NCBI GenBank assembly: GCA_044345055.1
Contig: JBIJBT010000040.1
Span: forward strand, 1 to 24,559
Reading direction: 5' to 3'
Origin: Bdellovibrionota bacterium
GTDB lineage: Bacteria; Bdellovibrionota_C; UBA2361; OMIW01
DNA length: 24,559 bases
Shown: positions 19,907 to 24,559 of the stretch, piece after piece
How positions within the stretch are numbered: position 1 is the stretch's first letter
Layout of the letters: each line of letters begins with the position of its first letter
Position numbers and translations under genes: made by a program
Notes under the pieces: generated by a model
Database searches by the model: none
What the model was told of the DNA's origin: nothing
The model's input: the letters and a program-made list of their open reading frames with translations, nothing else

Positions 19907-20221
19907 CCTCCCCTGTTCTGGAATCCCTATTCGGGAACGACCTTTACTCAGCTAGACAGCCTAATCGGTTTCGCTCTCAGTGCAAAGAGGGTTCTGCGCA
20001 GAAGGTGCTACTCAGAAAGCTCCGCGCAGTTGGTTCCGTGGTACCAAAGTAATGCGCCGCATAGACGAGATTGGAGTGGCACCGCCGAACGACTGGATTT
20101 CAACCGCTTGGATGTGGTTCTATTAGCGTATTACAAGTCAGTCGGTGCCAAGCGAAAAAAGCTCTGCCCCGATACTTCTAAAAACTTCTGTGTTGTCCCC
20201 TCTTCCACGAGCACGAGCTGT

Positions 20222-20989
20222 ATGACCACTTTTGAAGAAGAGCTTTTCGCGTTAGAGCAGTCTGAACCAACCCTTGGGTTACTTCTTCGTAATCGACCCC
20301 GTCCTGCTTCACCAGCCACATTAACCATCTGGCAGCTCGCCACAAAAATGACGTGCGCCCCGCTTGAAACAGTACAGCTTCAGCAGATGTTCTCTGACCT
20401 TCTCGCCGAGCTTCCCGAATTTACGGCGCAGATTGATCGCGATATTCAGGCGACACTAAGCCGCGATCCTGCCTGTCGGGGCCAGGTTTTCGTGGTGCTT
20501 TTTTATAAGGGATTTTTAGCCCTGCAGAGCTATCGGTTGAGCCATCATCTCTGGCAGAGCGGACGCATTCCCCTCGCGCTGTGGCTTCAGAGTCGATGTA
20601 GCGAAGTATTTGGGGTCGATATTCATCCTGGAGCAAGACTCGGCAGCGGTATTTTTATCGATCACGCGACAAGCATCGTCATCGGTGAAACCAGCGTGGT
20701 CGAAGATGATGTATCAATTCTCCATGAAGTAACTCTCGGTGGAACCGGCAAACATGGCGGAGATCGCCACCCCAAGGTACGGCGAGGGGTAATGATAGGT
20801 GCCGGGGTAAAAGTACTCGGCAATATCGAGCTCGGCGAATACTCAAAAATCGGAGCTGGCAGCGTAGTGCTCCGATCCGTACCCCCACACAGCACCGCGG
20901 TCGGAGTCCCTGCCCAGGTCATCGGCAGCTGTACGTGCGATTTTCCGGCTGATGAGATGGATCAATGGGTTGAAGGAGGCGAAGGGTAA
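20222..20989 (+). CDS. cysE: Serine O-acetyltransferase
   Basis: Motifs RDPAC, YKGFLALQSYR, VDIHPGARLG, DHATSIVIGET, VTLGGTGK, DRHPK and TAVGVPA. ATG at 20222 gives 255 aa, a normal CysE size. Confidence 0.95.
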   Translation: MTTFEEELFALEQSEPTLGLLLRNRPRPASPATLTIWQLATKMTCAPLETVQLQQMFSDLLAELPEFTAQIDRDIQATLSRDPACRGQVFVVLFYKGFLALQSYRLSHHLWQSGRIPLALWLQSRCSEVFGVDIHPGARLGSGIFIDHATSIVIGETSVVEDDVSILHEVTLGGTGKHGGDRHPKVRRGVMIGAGVKVLGNIELGEYSKIGAGSVVLRSVPPHSTAVGVPAQVIGSCTCDFPADEMDQWVEGGEG

Positions 20990-21032
20990 TTGGTGATTTC
21001 CGAAAATCAGAAATCCCCATTTCCCCCTTGAT

Positions 21033-22163
21033 TTACCCCTTCGCCAACACAAACCCATCACCGTTTAGCACCGCACCCAGCGGCTCAACCACCACCTCGC
21101 GCCCCTTATCTGTGGCCTCAGTCTGACCCGCCACCACTGCTTCAAGCCCGAGCTCCTTAGCACACGCGACAATCGCCGCCGCATCGTTCGATGATCGAGC
21201 AACGATCATAAATCCGGCACCCATGTTAAAAACATTCAGCAAACTCTCGATAGGCACCCCGATGCGCTCAGCATAAAATGAGAACACCTCCGGAATAGGT
21301 AACATCTGCGAAATCCGATAACGCAATGGACGTTTGCTGCGCATCATCTTGAGCCACCCATGCCCTGAGATATTCTCCATCGAAACAGGGACAATCTCGC
21401 GCCGCAAAAGTTCCTGAACAAGGGGCGAGTAGAGAACCGACGGTGCGTTGAGCGCCCGCCAATACTCCGTTGCCGAGGGAAGGAGGGTTCGAAACCGACA
21501 AGGGAGTGACTCAGCGAGAGTACGCAACGGAGTATATCCATTCTCTTGTGGGCCTGAGCTCGCAACTAACACGATCGACTGACCTTCTGCCAGATCCCCG
21601 CCACCAATCGGCGCGATTCCTCGTGGCATAATCCCGCACACCGCCCCCGCGAGATCAACTCGACCCTCGATGATTTTTGTCTTTAACTGCGGCGTTTCTC
21701 CCGAGATGTACACCGCACCGACCGCTTTACACGCCGCGACAAAGCCATCCAGAAACCCTCCAAGAAATCCCTCAGTAAAAACCCGCTCCGGAGTGCTCGT
21801 CGGCAGATATTGAGAGATTAGAAGCGGTCTCATCCCACACGATGCAATGTCATTGGTGAGAGCACTTACCGTTTTAATCGCTATATTGTGCCAGAACTCG
21901 TATTCCTCATCTTCTGAAAGATCCTCCGGGCGCGCATCATCAGCCGTTCCCAAACCCTCCGTAACGAGCGACATCGCAAGGTGCTCACCTCCGTGCTGCA
22001 TCAGCCGTTCGAGCGGAAGCATAAATATATTTGCACTCGCGCCAAGCGCTTCATCAGGAACAAATCCATAATCCCGCGCAAACCCTAAAGTGCGACGCGA
22101 TGCTTCAATACACCTCAATTTAACCTGATCCAACACCTCGTAATTGACCTGATTTATCGCCAT
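21033..22163 (-). CDS. purM: AIR synthetase (PurM)-like protein with divergent motifs
   Basis: TEGLGT, TNDIASCGMRP, SGETPQL, DLAG, SSGPQENG, NISGHGW and FNMGAGF correspond in order to the PurM motifs. Confidence 0.75.
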   Translation of the reverse strand: MAINQVNYEVLDQVKLRCIEASRRTLGFARDYGFVPDEALGASANIFMLPLERLMQHGGEHLAMSLVTEGLGTADDARPEDLSEDEEYEFWHNIAIKTVSALTNDIASCGMRPLLISQYLPTSTPERVFTEGFLGGFLDGFVAACKAVGAVYISGETPQLKTKIIEGRVDLAGAVCGIMPRGIAPIGGGDLAEGQSIVLVASSGPQENGYTPLRTLAESLPCRFRTLLPSATEYWRALNAPSVLYSPLVQELLRREIVPVSMENISGHGWLKMMRSKRPLRYRISQMLPIPEVFSFYAERIGVPIESLLNVFNMGAGFMIVARSSNDAAAIVACAKELGLEAVVAGQTEATDKGREVVVEPLGAVLNGDGFVLAKG

Positions 22164-22340
22164 TCTCGCCCCTAACTCTCATTTAACGAAAAATTACACC
22201 TCGATACCAACCATCCACTAAGGACTTCTCCAGAGTATTCGCTCCCTTGTTTATCCACACCCAAACGCAGTATAAACAGAGCGTCGCAACAACGAGGAGT
22301 CTCACCCGTTCCAATCTCAACTTCCGCTTTAAGGTACCCC

Positions 22341-23375
22341 ATGGCAATCGATGCGCCAACTCTCGAACAAACTCGCCGCCAAATGGAGAAGCTGCTCGAT
22401 CGAATCATTCCGACAGGGGAAATTCGATGGAAAGCAGAGTTAGTTTATGAGATCAACCGACTAAAAAAAGAGCGCGGTGCCATTATCCTCGGTCACAACT
22501 ATATGGAGCCGGCACTTTATCATACCGTTGCCGATGTGGTAGGAGATTCGCTCGAATTATCCCGAAAAGCTGCCGAAACAACGGCAAATCCGATTATTTT
22601 TTGCGGAGTCCGATTCATGGCGGAGACCGCAAAGATTCTAAACCCCGCAAAAACAGTCCTATTGCCCGCGAAAGAGGCAGGCTGCTCACTCGCGTCGAGT
22701 ATCACTCCGGAGGATGTGCGCGGGCTTCGCGAGCGTTATCCGGGAATTCCAGTTGTTGCTTACGTCAACACCTACGCTGCGGTCAAGGCCGAGGTCGATC
22801 TGTGCTGCACCTCAGGAAACGCCGCAAATGTAGTTCGTTCTCTCGAGAGTGAGGCAATTATTTTTATTCCAGATGAGTACCTCACCAAAAATGTGGCGGC
22901 GGAAACCGGCAGAACAATTATTCAAGCAGGGGAAGATCTCCCGCCAGGAGTGCCGGTTCTTATCAGCTGGCCAGGGCGGTGCGAAGTTCACGAGCAGTTT
23001 ACTCCAGGAGATGTCGAGCGAGTTCGGGATCAATTTCCCGATGCATTGGTATTATCGCACCCAGAATGTAGTCCCGAGGTCGTTGCAGCATCAGATTTTG
23101 CCGGTTCAACCTCTCGCATGATCTCCTACATTCGCTCCTCCTCGCGACGCCGTTTTGTTTTACTTACCGAATGCAGTATGGGCGACAATATCGCGGCCGA
23201 AGCTCGAGACAAAGAGATGGTCGGGCTCTGCTCAATACGCTGCCCACACATGAATCAGATTACCCTCGAAGACACTGTTCGAGCACTCCGGGAAAATGTC
23301 ACTGAGATAGATGTTCCAGAGGAAATTCTGGAGCGGGCAAAGCTCTCGCTCGATCGGATGATTGCAATTTCGTAG
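22341..23375 (+). CDS. nadA: Quinolinate synthase (Fe-S)
   Basis: Motifs ILGHNY, GDSLELS, FCGVRFMAETAKILNP, YVNT and HPEC; three cluster cysteines in AGCSLA, CEVH and CPHM. Confidence 0.97.
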   Translation: MAIDAPTLEQTRRQMEKLLDRIIPTGEIRWKAELVYEINRLKKERGAIILGHNYMEPALYHTVADVVGDSLELSRKAAETTANPIIFCGVRFMAETAKILNPAKTVLLPAKEAGCSLASSITPEDVRGLRERYPGIPVVAYVNTYAAVKAEVDLCCTSGNAANVVRSLESEAIIFIPDEYLTKNVAAETGRTIIQAGEDLPPGVPVLISWPGRCEVHEQFTPGDVERVRDQFPDALVLSHPECSPEVVAASDFAGSTSRMISYIRSSSRRRFVLLTECSMGDNIAAEARDKEMVGLCSIRCPHMNQITLEDTVRALRENVTEIDVPEEILERAKLSLDRMIAIS

Positions 23376-23502
23376 CAGTTTTTCGGGGCCCATAACCTGA
23401 AGTGCTGCCACTTTTTGCTGGCTCACTCGATAAACCTGGGGGATACTGGGAGGAGCTCTCAAACGAGCCCACCTTTAAAGGCCCCGTTTCAAAACGATCC
23501 TT

Positions 23503-24420
23503 ATGGCTATTCCATCCCTCTCCCGCTCTCTCGGAGCACGTTTTCTTGAACGATTGACCTCTCTAGCGGGAAATAAGAGCACAGCGGGAAATCCACTTGC
23601 AGCGCTTGGAGCTCAAGACGCCGCAATCACGGGAAGCAGCCTTCGCTCCGGCGCTGAGCTAATGGTAAAATCTATAGAGCTTTTAGGTGCCGGTTTTCAG
23701 GCGGTTCAGGGTACTCAGGTAGCCTTAAATTCATTCAGCGAATCGCTCGACGAGTTGATCTCATTTGCCGAATCGGCTGCAGATCCAGCTACAGGACAAG
23801 AAGATCGCGATAGACTCGTTCTTTCGTACCAACAAAAAGCAAATGAACTAAAGCGAGTCGTTGAGGGCGCTAGTAATGGCGAAAATAATCTCATCATGAA
23901 AACCGGAATAACAGCGGTACTAAATCAGATAAGCCTTAATCCGGAAGATCTCGAAGAATTATCGGGAGTCCTTGATTCGATAGAATCAGCAACGAGCGAT
24001 GGTGATCTTTTCGATCCAACCCTCAAAGCCGACCGCCCACTCGCGATACCACCGAATCTTCCAAGTAGCGGAGACACAACTGATTACGGTTCAGTACTCG
24101 ATGGCTCCGCAGCTCTAACCTCGCGGCGCGGTGCATACAACCTCCTCGCCGATCTTAAGGAGGTAAAAAGCAATCTCGATACAAACAAAAAAGCGATCGG
24201 AGACCTCAGCTCATATATCTCTGATGCTCGAACCCTAGTTCGAACAGTAGGCCTATCGCTCCTAGATCTAACCTCTCTCGCCGACGGCGGCGCATCCGCC
24301 GAACAACTCTCCCTATCCCTCCAATCCCGAGTCCGAGCCGACGCCCGAGGCGCCCTAGACCAACTTGAATCTTTAGGTCCGCTGGTTGGGAAAGCGGCGA
24401 CGTTGCTTAATGCGGCATGA
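23503..24420 (+). CDS. Highly diverged flagellin-like protein
   Basis: Pattern matches the flagellin N-terminal helices (LERLTS; SLRS; AVQGTQVALNSFSESLDELISFAESAADPATGQEDRDRL...ELKRVVEGASNGENNLI) and C-terminal helices (LTSRRGAYNLLADL...KAIG...LDQLESLGP...LL), with low identity. Confidence 0.6.
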   Translation: MAIPSLSRSLGARFLERLTSLAGNKSTAGNPLAALGAQDAAITGSSLRSGAELMVKSIELLGAGFQAVQGTQVALNSFSESLDELISFAESAADPATGQEDRDRLVLSYQQKANELKRVVEGASNGENNLIMKTGITAVLNQISLNPEDLEELSGVLDSIESATSDGDLFDPTLKADRPLAIPPNLPSSGDTTDYGSVLDGSAALTSRRGAYNLLADLKEVKSNLDTNKKAIGDLSSYISDARTLVRTVGLSLLDLTSLADGGASAEQLSLSLQSRVRADARGALDQLESLGPLVGKAATLLNAA

Positions 24421-24559
24421 TTTTGTTGGTTGGGGGTGGTGGTGGGGGTGTGGATCAGTTCGGGGCGAATTAGGTTAAATTAAGAGGTGTTGATGAGGCT
24501 GGGGTTTTGGGGTGTTTGAGAGGGTCGTTTGCTGGCGGACTGATCGGGTACCTCTACAT

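Noticed and set aside
20076..20149. AGTGGCACCG and AGTCGGTGC resemble the two halves of the SpCas9 tracrRNA 3' hairpin
   Set aside because: The halves are ~55 nt apart, there is no anti-repeat, nexus or cas9, and the match is short and partly explained by self-complementarity.
19772..20221. 150-aa N-terminal extension of CysE in the ORF track (405 aa)
   Set aside because: It overlaps the opposite-strand doxX gene and has no protein-like features; the ATG at 20222 gives a normal-length CysE.
23476..23500. Sigma-28-like TAAAG...AACGATCC upstream of the flagellin-like gene
   Set aside because: The spacer is only 13 nt and the -10 element nearly touches the start codon.

Overview
Bacterial chromosomal window; gene content and order suggest a flagellated deltaproteobacterium- or Bdellovibrionota-like organism (inference only). 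The left ~10 kb is a chemosensory cluster: the 3' part of a hybrid kinase-like gene with a degenerate ATPase domain, cheA-cheR-cheB (-), mcp-cheW (+), cheX (-) and cheY (+). The rest is mostly housekeeping: psd, an unknown Cys-repeat membrane protein, a doxX-tilS-ftsH-cdaA-cdaR-glmM run lacking folP, cysE, a divergent purM-like gene, nadA, and a highly diverged flagellin-like gene. I found no mobile element, CRISPR array, tRNA or rRNA. The most unusual items are a CheA with two tandem copies of an unrecognised ~71-aa N-terminal domain, the cryptic flagellin-like protein, the pseudokinase-receiver fusion, the duplicated Cys module protein, and a strongly structured spacer upstream of ftsH. All assignments are by eye from motifs; no database searches were run.
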